DNA of 64,000 nucleotides from Candidatus Babeliales bacterium (GTDB lineage Bacteria; Babelota; Babeliae; Babelales; JABCYS01): NCBI GenBank assembly GCA_016929235.1, contig JAFGJD010000004.1, positions 256,866 to 320,865 of the forward strand, read 5' to 3'. Shown piece by piece: positions 56,528 to 64,000 of this stretch (position 1 is its first letter; each line of letters starts with the position of its first letter). The notes under the pieces were generated by a model. It saw only the letters and a program-made list of their open reading frames with translations, ran no database searches and was not told where the DNA came from. The position numbers and the translations under genes were made by a program.

Positions 56528-56892
56528 CAACAAGGACTTGGTAGACCTATAAGCCGGATTCTGTGCTGTAGCGCAAGCTACATCGACAACCATTTATCTA
56601 TGCGACATACCCGCATGAGTAACGGAACGAACAACCATCATGCTGCTTTGTCTTGCTCCCAGTGGGGTTTGCCCCCGTTCAGATTCACATCGGAACGTCG
56701 TGCGCTCTTACCGCACGTTTTCACCCTTACCATTCAGAGAATGGCGGTTCTTTTCTGTGGCACTTTCCATAGGGTTTCCCCTCCCTTGATTGGTCAAGCC
56801 TCTCAAGGCACTGCGCTCGTTAGGAGTCCGGACTTTCCTCCTACCAGCCCTAAAGGGCTGATACGCGATTGTCCAGTCTACCGGGTCCTTGG
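56528..56892 (-). ncRNA. rnpB: RNase P RNA (bacterial type)
   Basis: The minus strand carries AGGAGGAAAGTCCGGAC (the universally conserved GAGGAAAGUCCGG element) and ACAGAATCCGGCTTAT (the ACAGAAnCCGGCUUA element). P1 pairing AAGGAC..GGTAGAC / GTCTACC..GTCCTT defines the ends. A P3-like hairpin CAGCCC-TTTA-GGGCTG is present. Confidence 0.85.
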
Positions 56893-57351
56893 TACTGTCA
56901 AAGGAATAATAAAACGGTGCATTAACACCATCACTATAACGTTACCACAAATCATATAACCCGTATACCGGCCTAAAACAGGACTATGAGTGAGCCATGG
57001 TCCGAGCACAAGTTCGCGTAGTGTCAGGCTGCAGATTAGGGCACCATAGGGGATGAGCTGTGCGTAATTGACGGTTTGTTTTAAATGAAGGATAAGTAGC
57101 GTAATCGGAATAAGGTATATCCAGGTCACTCCAAAACGCTCATAGTACAAAAATGATTCACATCCAATGAGTATGAGTAACGGAATTATCAGGTAGGGAG
57201 AGCGACGAAAAAAAACGCATAACATGTACCAACACGAAAGCATCGCGCTGTATGGATATGCGTAGATATGTGCAATGGTGGTATCGCATATAAATAAGAA
57301 AAAGCCTAAAAAAAAACCTGTTATGCACGTAACAATCATAGTGCGCAGCAC
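56878..57351 (-). CDS. hypothetical polytopic membrane protein
   Basis: 157-aa ORF with 5 hydrophobic helices and a GTG or ATG (57339) start. An MreD-like size and topology was considered but could not be supported. Confidence 0.35.
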   Translation of the reverse strand: MLRTMIVTCITGFFLGFFLFICDTTIAHIYAYPYSAMLSCWYMLCVFFRRSPYLIIPLLILIGCESFLYYERFGVTWIYLIPITLLILHLKQTVNYAQLIPYGALICSLTLRELVLGPWLTHSPVLGRYTGYMICGNVIVMVLMHRFIIPLTVPRTR

Positions 57352-57466
57352 CTTAATTTATGAAGCATATGACCCAGTGAATCTATATTGACAATTCAAG
57401 TTATTCAAGTAGTTTAATCTCGTTGTTAATCACATAACATTCAAATGGTAAGGGAGACGAGATACC

Positions 57467-57805
57467 ATGAGAAAGTTACTTTTATCAGTATTGGGATTAG
57501 CTTTGCTCGGTGGCGCGATGTATGCCGGACCTAGCGAAGACGAACGTACTGTAGAACCGAGAGAAGAAATTCCCACATTGAGAACCCAAGGATCTTTTGA
57601 GCACGCTCTTATTTCCAATACCCGTTGGATTAAGGGAAATAAGATTAAATCAGCTTCCATTGCAACCTTGGCTGTATTGCTTTACATGTATGGGCCAAAA
57701 GGTGTTCTTGCTCTTGCTAAGAGCGTCAACAGCTGGTGGTGCGGATGCCCAGTAGAAGTTGAAGAATGTGATGAGGCAGTAGAAACAGCAGAAGTGGTGA
57801 GCTAA
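57467..57805 (+). CDS. small secreted/membrane protein
   Basis: AAGGGAG Shine-Dalgarno sequence. Signal MRKLLLSVLGLALLGGAMYA. Internal hydrophobic segment. Followed by a strong terminator. Confidence 0.45.
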   Translation: MRKLLLSVLGLALLGGAMYAGPSEDERTVEPREEIPTLRTQGSFEHALISNTRWIKGNKIKSASIATLAVLLYMYGPKGVLALAKSVNSWWCGCPVEVEECDEAVETAEVVS

Positions 57806-57830
57806 CACCGACTGTTCATCAAGAAATTTG

Positions 57831-57862
57831 AAAAAAGGCCGCGAATTACAGCGGCCTTTTTT
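57831..57862 (+). terminator. rho-independent terminator
   Basis: AAAAAAGGCCGC-GAATTACA-GCGGCCTTTTTT. Confidence 0.75.
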
Positions 57863-57882
57863 CATGAGTGGGTTTCTTAATC

Positions 57883-59766
57883 ATGCGCATTATACGTTAC
57901 TTTTTTGTTATAGCTGCGTTGAGCGTTGCATGTGCGTGGGGCATGTTTGTCTTTTTGCTTCATTCAAAAACAGTCGATTTTTCCCGTTTAACACACTATG
58001 ACCCAGGACGGCCAACTATTCTTCTGGATGATGAAGGCAATGAATGGGCTCGGTTTCAATATGATAAACGTGAGTTTATCGGTATTGATAAGATGCCAGA
58101 GCACGTTATCCATGCATTTATAGCAGCTGAAGATCACAAGTTTTTCACGCACTCGGGTATATCATACAAGGGTATTGTGCGCTCTATCTTAGTGAACCTT
58201 TACCATCGTCGCTATGTACAGGGTGCCTCCACCATTACACAGCAGCTGGTGCGGCATCTTTTTTTTGATCTGAAAAAAACGTTTAAACGAAAATTGCTTG
58301 AACAATTTTATACAGTGCTGATCGAACGACAATTTACAAAGCACCAAATTCTTGAAGTATATCTGAACCATATCTGCTTTGGGCACGGAATTTATGGGGT
58401 TGAAGCCGCATGCCAGCGTTTCTGGGATAAATCAGTAACCGATATCTCGATTGACCAGGCAGCAACACTGGCTGGTATTATCCAAAATCCAGTCAGGAGA
58501 AGTCCGATTAATCATCCTCTCTCGGCGCAACAACGTCGAAATACGGTTTTGCGTTCCATGTATAGGTTATCTCTTATTACTGATATTCAGTATGCGCAAG
58601 CTATTGCGAAATCAGTAAGCGCTCGTGATCAAGATGCGCAAACCATTGCTCCACATTTAAAGGAAGAGATACGGCAGTTTCTTGAAGAGAGATTTGGGCG
58701 GACTGCATTATATGAGGGGGGACTTACTGTACAAACGACCATGAACAAAAAAACACAGGCGTTGGCGCAGCGGTATTTTACCAAACAGTTTGAAGAGCTT
58801 CGAAAGAAAGTTCAAAAAGATGTTGATGGCGCATTGGTTTCGATTGATCCGCAATCTGGTGGCGTAAAAGCATTAGTAGGGGGGGTTGATTTTGGTCGTT
58901 CTAAGTGGAATCGTGTGCTTCAGGCACGGAGGCAGATGGGATCAACATTTAAACCAATTGTATATGCTGCAGCGATTGAACAAGGCAAAACCTTTGCCGA
59001 TACCGAGATGGACGAAGCATTTACACGTGAAGATCACAATAAACTATGGCAACCAAAGAATGTGACAAGACGGTTTGATGGTCAAATGACGCTTGCATAC
59101 GCGCTTTCACATTCCAATAATATTGTCACGATTAAGACGTTGCTTGATGTTGGTTGCGAGCGTATTGCAGAGTTGGGAAGGAAGTGCCGTTTGAAAAATG
59201 TTCCAGTCTACCCATCAATTGCGCTGGGATGTATTGATGCAACTCCGTTTGAGAATGTTGCAGTATTTAATATCTTCGCGAATCACGGTGTTTATGTTGA
59301 GCCACATTATATTAGCTGGGTCAAAGATAGGTGGGGTAAAAAAATTTACCGGCATCAACCGGTCGAAGAACGTATCTTCAGTACTCGCGTGAGTGATCAG
59401 GTTGCAAAAGTCCTCAGTATAGGCATGGAGCGGAAGCGTAGGATCTATCCTCGTAGTTGGATATCATGTGAAGGAATTGGTAAGACAGGAACAACCAATG
59501 ATTGTCGTACTAGTTGGTTTGTTGGATCCACACCAACGTTGACGACTGCGCTTTATGTGGGGTGTGATGATAACCGGTCAATGGGGGATCGCGTGTATCC
59601 AACAGCAACAATCTTCCCAATTTGGTTGCGCTTGAACCGTGACATTGATTCATCTAAAAAAACATTCGATTTTGATCCATCGTTACAAGAACTATGCATT
59701 CATTCAAAAACAGGATCAACAACTATAGATCCAGATAACCCAGAGGCGTACACAATTCTTGTGTGA
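57883..59766 (+). CDS. mrcA: class A penicillin-binding protein (glycosyltransferase + transpeptidase)
   Basis: GT51 motifs AAEDHKFFTHSGI and GASTITQQL. Transpeptidase motifs STFKP, SHSNN and KTGTT. ATG 57883 lies after the terminator (the ORF track starts at GTG 57868). Confidence 0.9.
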   Translation: MRIIRYFFVIAALSVACAWGMFVFLLHSKTVDFSRLTHYDPGRPTILLDDEGNEWARFQYDKREFIGIDKMPEHVIHAFIAAEDHKFFTHSGISYKGIVRSILVNLYHRRYVQGASTITQQLVRHLFFDLKKTFKRKLLEQFYTVLIERQFTKHQILEVYLNHICFGHGIYGVEAACQRFWDKSVTDISIDQAATLAGIIQNPVRRSPINHPLSAQQRRNTVLRSMYRLSLITDIQYAQAIAKSVSARDQDAQTIAPHLKEEIRQFLEERFGRTALYEGGLTVQTTMNKKTQALAQRYFTKQFEELRKKVQKDVDGALVSIDPQSGGVKALVGGVDFGRSKWNRVLQARRQMGSTFKPIVYAAAIEQGKTFADTEMDEAFTREDHNKLWQPKNVTRRFDGQMTLAYALSHSNNIVTIKTLLDVGCERIAELGRKCRLKNVPVYPSIALGCIDATPFENVAVFNIFANHGVYVEPHYISWVKDRWGKKIYRHQPVEERIFSTRVSDQVAKVLSIGMERKRRIYPRSWISCEGIGKTGTTNDCRTSWFVGSTPTLTTALYVGCDDNRSMGDRVYPTATIFPIWLRLNRDIDSSKKTFDFDPSLQELCIHSKTGSTTIDPDNPEAYTILV

Positions 59767-59840
59767 CGAACAATTGAGTTTGTAAACAAAACTCTGATAG
59801 TCTGGAGCACGGACTGCGTTGTCGATAAAGGAGTAGGTAA

Positions 59841-61490
59841 ATGAAAAAGATCCTTATAGTAATCGTTATGGCATGTGGCGTACTGATGGCCACAGAGGAA
59901 GATGAAAATAAGTTAAATGGGTTCATCTCATCAATTGGCAGCAGTGTTTCAGGTCTTGGGGGTATGGGTGAGGGGATGGGAACCATGGTTGGTGTTGTTG
60001 CGGAGAAGTACAAATATAGCCTTAAGCTGCTGAATGAGTCGCCAATACCGCTTAATGTAGCAACCTACAGAATCACTCCAGCTCTTGGTGCAGATGTCTA
60101 TACTAATGATCTGTTGAATGAAACAACCGTTGTTGCTGGTTCAGATTCTGGTGATTTTTTTAAGGATCAACAATTAAAATTTACCATCAAGGTTCGTGAA
60201 AATAGTACATCGGGTCGTGAGTTGCTCATGCGTCGTGAAACAGAACTAGGTGATACGGAAGCAGAAGGATACTATGATACAAACTATATCCGTGGTTACG
60301 TGCATGGCGGTGATATTCGTGTTGAGTATCTAGGACCAATGATTCAGGATACAAACTTTGTAGGTACGTTTTATAACAATACCGATGACCAGGTGAAGGT
60401 AACATTTCAAAAAGGTGTAAGGACTTATAGCAATATTTCGTTAGACCCTCATTCATTCAATTTAATTAATTCAGATGAAGAAGCTCCTATTCGTCCATCC
60501 GATGGGGAACAAAGAAGTCTGCAGTTTAATAGTAATGGTGTTACTGTCACTAAACCTATCTCTGCAGAGGGTATCTCAGGTGTTCCTTATATATATGAGA
60601 TTTATAAAAAGGATGGACAGCTTAATGTACATCTCCAGGGATTTACACTAGGTAACTTTGACCAAATGCCACTCAATGCTTCTGGGCAACAAGATCCTTC
60701 CCGGTTTCGTGATGTGAATCCGGTACCATGCAGTATCTGGCTCAAATCTGCTGTTCAGGGTATCCCGCCTGCTGAAGGAGAAACAGCACCATTGTATTTT
60801 GATGAGCCATACGAAACCTGGGCTATCTACAAGACCAGTGACTACTCAGTCCGTGTGAAACTTGAAACAGGGAAATCAACTGATTTTAATCTGATACGTC
60901 CAAGCATTGAACAAAAAACAGGCATCCTTTACGTTGTTCGTGTTTTCGGTTCTTCAAGCCAAACACAATCGTTTCTTGATCGGCTAGCCCGTGGCGATGT
61001 GGGGTTTGATTCCCCATATGTTGATGCAACCCGTATCCCTAGAGGTGATATAACGCTTTCGCTCTTTCCGAGTGATGCTGGATTGATTGAAGACGGAGGA
61101 GTAAAGGCTGCCCTTCTCATGACCGATGTTTATTTGCCGATGGGAATTGGTTCTTCTCGCATGTATTATATGATTGAACCTACTATTTTGCAGCCGGATG
61201 ATCTTGCACTTAAGATAACAGAATATCTTACTGATGAATTCAGAACACAGGCAATTGTTGATGAGATTAAAGCTGCAATTCCATCCTGGATTATGGCATA
61301 TGCACAATCTCAGTCAACGCAACCTATTCAGGACTATCTCCAGGGGAAATTGATTAATAGCGCGATTCCTACTTCGATCTTAACTGGGCCTCTCAGTGTC
61401 AAAAACTACCCAGCATTGCGCTTTGCAGGTATGAACTTTTTTGCGACACCAATAGAAGGCATAGATGTCGTTGAACACGTTACGGCTTAA
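59841..61490 (+). CDS. hypothetical secreted protein
   Basis: AGGAG Shine-Dalgarno sequence. Signal MKKILIVIVMACGVLMA. 549-aa beta-rich orphan. Confidence 0.5.
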   Translation: MKKILIVIVMACGVLMATEEDENKLNGFISSIGSSVSGLGGMGEGMGTMVGVVAEKYKYSLKLLNESPIPLNVATYRITPALGADVYTNDLLNETTVVAGSDSGDFFKDQQLKFTIKVRENSTSGRELLMRRETELGDTEAEGYYDTNYIRGYVHGGDIRVEYLGPMIQDTNFVGTFYNNTDDQVKVTFQKGVRTYSNISLDPHSFNLINSDEEAPIRPSDGEQRSLQFNSNGVTVTKPISAEGISGVPYIYEIYKKDGQLNVHLQGFTLGNFDQMPLNASGQQDPSRFRDVNPVPCSIWLKSAVQGIPPAEGETAPLYFDEPYETWAIYKTSDYSVRVKLETGKSTDFNLIRPSIEQKTGILYVVRVFGSSSQTQSFLDRLARGDVGFDSPYVDATRIPRGDITLSLFPSDAGLIEDGGVKAALLMTDVYLPMGIGSSRMYYMIEPTILQPDDLALKITEYLTDEFRTQAIVDEIKAAIPSWIMAYAQSQSTQPIQDYLQGKLINSAIPTSILTGPLSVKNYPALRFAGMNFFATPIEGIDVVEHVTA

Positions 61491-62514
61491 CAACAAGCTT
61501 CGTGAGATGTTGATGTAGCTTCATTATCTCGTGACCACGAATCAGTAAGGCATGGTTTGCTCGTTGCTTAGTGTAGGCTCGTGCATTGTGAAGTTGATGG
61601 TCATTATTTTTTAGCTCAAGCGGAATAATACAACATTTTTTTTGAAAGAATGCTAACTCGGCAAGTGTTCCTGCTCCAGCGCGTGAAAGCACATAATCCG
61701 ATGCACAATAAATATAATCAAGATGCTTTCGGAATGTGAAGCAGTAGGATGGGATGTTGTAGTTACTGTAAAATGTGTTCCATGTGTTGACGTCCTGCGA
61801 GCTTCCAACTTGGTGAATGATCTGTACCGATGCATGCACATAAGGATGTTGATGGATCCATGCATGTATCAATTGGTTAAGTTGTAGCGATCCTTGTGAC
61901 CCTCCTAGAATGGTTATTGTGAATCGATTCTGATCTAGCCCTAACGATGCGCGCGCGGTACGAGGGTCTTGTTGCGTGTGGTGGAGGTGGTACTTAACAG
62001 GGTAGGGCGCTATGGTGCACGACCGTTGCAAGATGGTTTCAGTTTCGTGATACGTGATGTTGATTTTATCTGCAAAACGTGCGAGTAGCTTGATAGTTGC
62101 TCCAGGTTGTACATTGACTTCATGTAGTTCGATTGGAATTCGTAGCAACCATGCCGCCATGCAAACTGGTAGTGCGACCAGGCCCCCCGTTGTGTGTAGA
62201 CGCTGTGGTTTATGTTTGCGAAGTTGTGTGAAGCTGATCCACCATGATCGGATCATGCCCAAGAAAAACCATGGCCATTTGAAAGGGTTACGGTAAGGAA
62301 TTCTTCGTGCGGTTGGTAATGGGACATGATGTATTGCACCATGTTGTTGCATGATAGAGCGGTCAAGAGACGCGTCTGTTGTAAAAAAGATAATCGTTTG
62401 ACGAGGTTCGTGTTCACGAAGATTATCTGCAAGTGTGATGCATGGAATAATATGACCACCGGAATGGCCCGCGACAAAGCAGGTTGTTAATGGCGCTTGA
62501 GGAGCTTCTTGCAT
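61480..62514 (-). CDS. murG: undecaprenyldiphospho-muramoylpentapeptide beta-N-acetylglucosaminyltransferase
   Basis: N-terminal G-loop FVAGHSGGHIIPCITLA. C-terminal SRAGAGTLAELA. Confidence 0.9.
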   Translation of the reverse strand: MQEAPQAPLTTCFVAGHSGGHIIPCITLADNLREHEPRQTIIFFTTDASLDRSIMQQHGAIHHVPLPTARRIPYRNPFKWPWFFLGMIRSWWISFTQLRKHKPQRLHTTGGLVALPVCMAAWLLRIPIELHEVNVQPGATIKLLARFADKINITYHETETILQRSCTIAPYPVKYHLHHTQQDPRTARASLGLDQNRFTITILGGSQGSLQLNQLIHAWIHQHPYVHASVQIIHQVGSSQDVNTWNTFYSNYNIPSYCFTFRKHLDYIYCASDYVLSRAGAGTLAELAFFQKKCCIIPLELKNNDHQLHNARAYTKQRANHALLIRGHEIMKLHQHLTKLVVKP

Positions 62515-64000
62515 AATGCTCTTTCATGTTCGTTGTGTGCAAGTGAGAGCGCCTTATTGGCGTACTCACGGCTTTCTTTTTTATGTTTTAACTTTTTGTG
62601 TGTTAATGCAAGATGATGATTAATGTGAAAATCATTGGGAGTACTGATCGCAAGCTCTTCCAAAAGAGCATGAGCTTGTTTATATTTCTTCTCTCTCATC
62701 CAGATGATGGCCTGTGTATCAAGAAAATGAGGATTGTGAGTTTCATCTCGCAAGGCAGCATCGAGGTGCTGTTGTGCTTGTTTGATATTTTTGCCATCGG
62801 TTGCGTAATAATATGCTAAAAGATTATGCGTTGCCTTATGTGCTGGAATAATCGTGAGCGTTTGGTCAAGTAATGTTTTCATGTGAGTGAAGTTTCCAGT
62901 TTGATAATGAATTGCTGATGCTTGGTACAAAAGTGATGCTTTGAGATGGGGATCTTTGGCTGCGGTAATCATCGACTCAAGGAGTGTAAGCGCTTTTTTC
63001 GGAGCATGTGTTCGTAGATAAAGGTCAACAAGATACAGTTTTGGCACAACAGCGTTCGGGTGTTTTTTTGAAACTCGTTGTAGCGTAGTCATGAAAATAT
63101 GGTTCAAGTTTGCTGGTGCTTCTGCTCCGCGGACTATTAGGTGTCCCGCTTTAAACCAGAGTGGGTTCTCAGGCTCCTTGTTCATCCAGCTTTCTAGTAA
63201 AGAAAATGCATCTGTTAATTGATTATTTGTTGCTAATGCATTGACCTTAATAAGGACCATTTTGTTATTGGGTGGTGGTGAATCTTTGTGCAATAGTAGT
63301 TGTGCAATCTGATGTTCTACAGATGGGTCTGGTCCAGTTAATTCAAGGAATGCGGTATAGCCACTCAACGCTTCTTTGATGCGGCCTTGTTGTTCGTGAA
63401 GCAATCCTAATAATAACCATCCTTTATCAAAGAGTGGATGAAGAGCTACACTTTTTTGTGCATCCTCTAATGCCTGCCTGTGGTTTTTGAGGGTCATCTG
63501 GATTTGTGCTCTCAGAAAGTATAATAGGCAATGACGGGCTTCTTCGCGCGAAACCGTTAGGTAGTCATCAATGAGCTGCAATGCTTCCTTGGGATTGTTG
63601 TGTTGTGCATGTTCGGTTGCAGCATAGAATACTGTTTCAAAATGATGAGGATTTTTATTTAAAAGGGCAAGTGTCTTTTCATATGCGGCATCTGAATTGC
63701 CAACAAATTCGAGCGCCTGCGCATATTGTAGTTGTAATGCGTCATCATGTTGGAAGTGGTGGTCAAGTTGTGACATAAGCATAACAACAGCTTGAAAACG
63801 ATGCGTAGTAAAGAGGTAATCAATAAATCCCTTATATACATCCGGAGATTGCGCATTTTGAAGTGATTCTTGAAATGCGTTAAATGCCGTGTTGTCATTG
63901 CCAAGTTGATTATTGTACTGTGCCCAAAGTGCAGAATGGTATGACGGTACATACGCATGAAGGGAAAGTATAAGACAGCTACATGCAAAGCTTAATAAGA
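62487..64000 (-). CDS. TPR-repeat protein, 5' end beyond window
   Basis: The 431-aa ORF frame stays open upstream of its first ATG to the window edge. My translation is LLSFACSCLILSLHAYVPSYHSALWAQYNNQLGNDNTAFNAFQESLQNAQSPDVYKGFIDYLFTTHRFQAVVMLMSQ. Multiple TPR-like A..Y....G....A units. Confidence 0.7.
   Translation of the reverse strand, partial: LLSFACSCLILSLHAYVPSYHSALWAQYNNQLGNDNTAFNAFQESLQNAQSPDVYKGFIDYLFTTHRFQAVVMLMSQLDHHFQHDDALQLQYAQALEFVGNSDAAYEKTLALLNKNPHHFETVFYAATEHAQHNNPKEALQLIDDYLTVSREEARHCLLYFLRAQIQMTLKNHRQALEDAQKSVALHPLFDKGWLLLGLLHEQQGRIKEALSGYTAFLELTGPDPSVEHQIAQLLLHKDSPPPNNKMVLIKVNALATNNQLTDAFSLLESWMNKEPENPLWFKAGHLIVRGAEAPANLNHIFMTTLQRVSKKHPNAVVPKLYLVDLYLRTHAPKKALTLLESMITAAKDPHLKASLLYQASAIHYQTGNFTHMKTLLDQTLTIIPAHKATHNLLAYYYATDGKNIKQAQQHLDAALRDETHNPHFLDTQAIIWMREKKYKQAHALLEELAISTPNDFHINHHLALTHKKLKHKKESREYANKALSLAHNEHERALCKKLLKRH

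Noticed and set aside
56486-56959. 157-aa plus-strand ORF
   Set aside because: It lies antisense over the RNase P RNA gene. Its composition is driven by structured RNA, and it has no Shine-Dalgarno sequence.
56878-57351. Assigning the 157-aa membrane protein as MreD
   Set aside because: Only its size and hydrophobicity fit. It is 9 kb from mreB, there is no mreC, and no conserved motif was recognised.
63659-63988. 109-aa minus-strand ORF upstream of the TPR gene
   Set aside because: The TPR gene's own frame stays open to the window edge and encodes a signal-like segment plus TPR-like sequence. The 109-aa ORF is an out-of-frame artefact.

Overview
Dense (~90% coding), roughly 40% GC bacterial chromosome segment with about 60 genes. 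All calls come from motif recognition by eye; no database search was possible.

The backbone is housekeeping genes of a diderm-type bacterium:
- dnaG-rpoD, lgt, mnmG, mraY
- a yhhQ-like/tgt/SpoU-methylase operon, and murB
- pheT-lspA-pgpA followed by two SurA-like chaperones
- glmU-like/sbcD, tRNA-Ser(CGA), mreB, rsmA
- a LOG-family gene, crcB, two HAD genes, uppS-gpsA
- RNase P RNA, a class A PBP, and murG

Peptidoglycan genes are scattered rather than grouped in one dcw cluster.

A large eukaryote-like or exported accessory complement is interspersed:
- four ankyrin-repeat genes with Sec-type N-termini, one of them decayed
- three LRR/coiled-coil proteins
- two lipase-like paralogs
- two beta-barrel OMP candidates
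- many orphan signal-peptide proteins

This mix suggests a host-dependent (protist- or amoeba-associated) lineage such as Dependentiae, Legionellales or Chlamydiae-like bacteria. That is inference only.

Most notable observations:
1. A second, degenerate copy of the mraY 3' end lies 2.8 kb downstream of the intact gene. Its core differs almost only at synonymous sites. The two copies bracket a two-gene ankyrin island.
2. One island ankyrin gene carries both a homopolymer frameshift and an in-frame TGA.
3. An LRR gene contains four near-identical 69-bp tandem units. It is flanked by duplicated small-gene modules that include homologous upstream DNA.
4. tgt has eukaryote-like substitutions in its substrate pocket and sits next to a YhhQ-type transporter, suggesting direct queuine salvage.
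5. A deoxynucleoside kinase and an FtsH-like AAA module carry signal-like N-termini.

No CRISPR array, integrase, transposase or recognisable defence system was seen.
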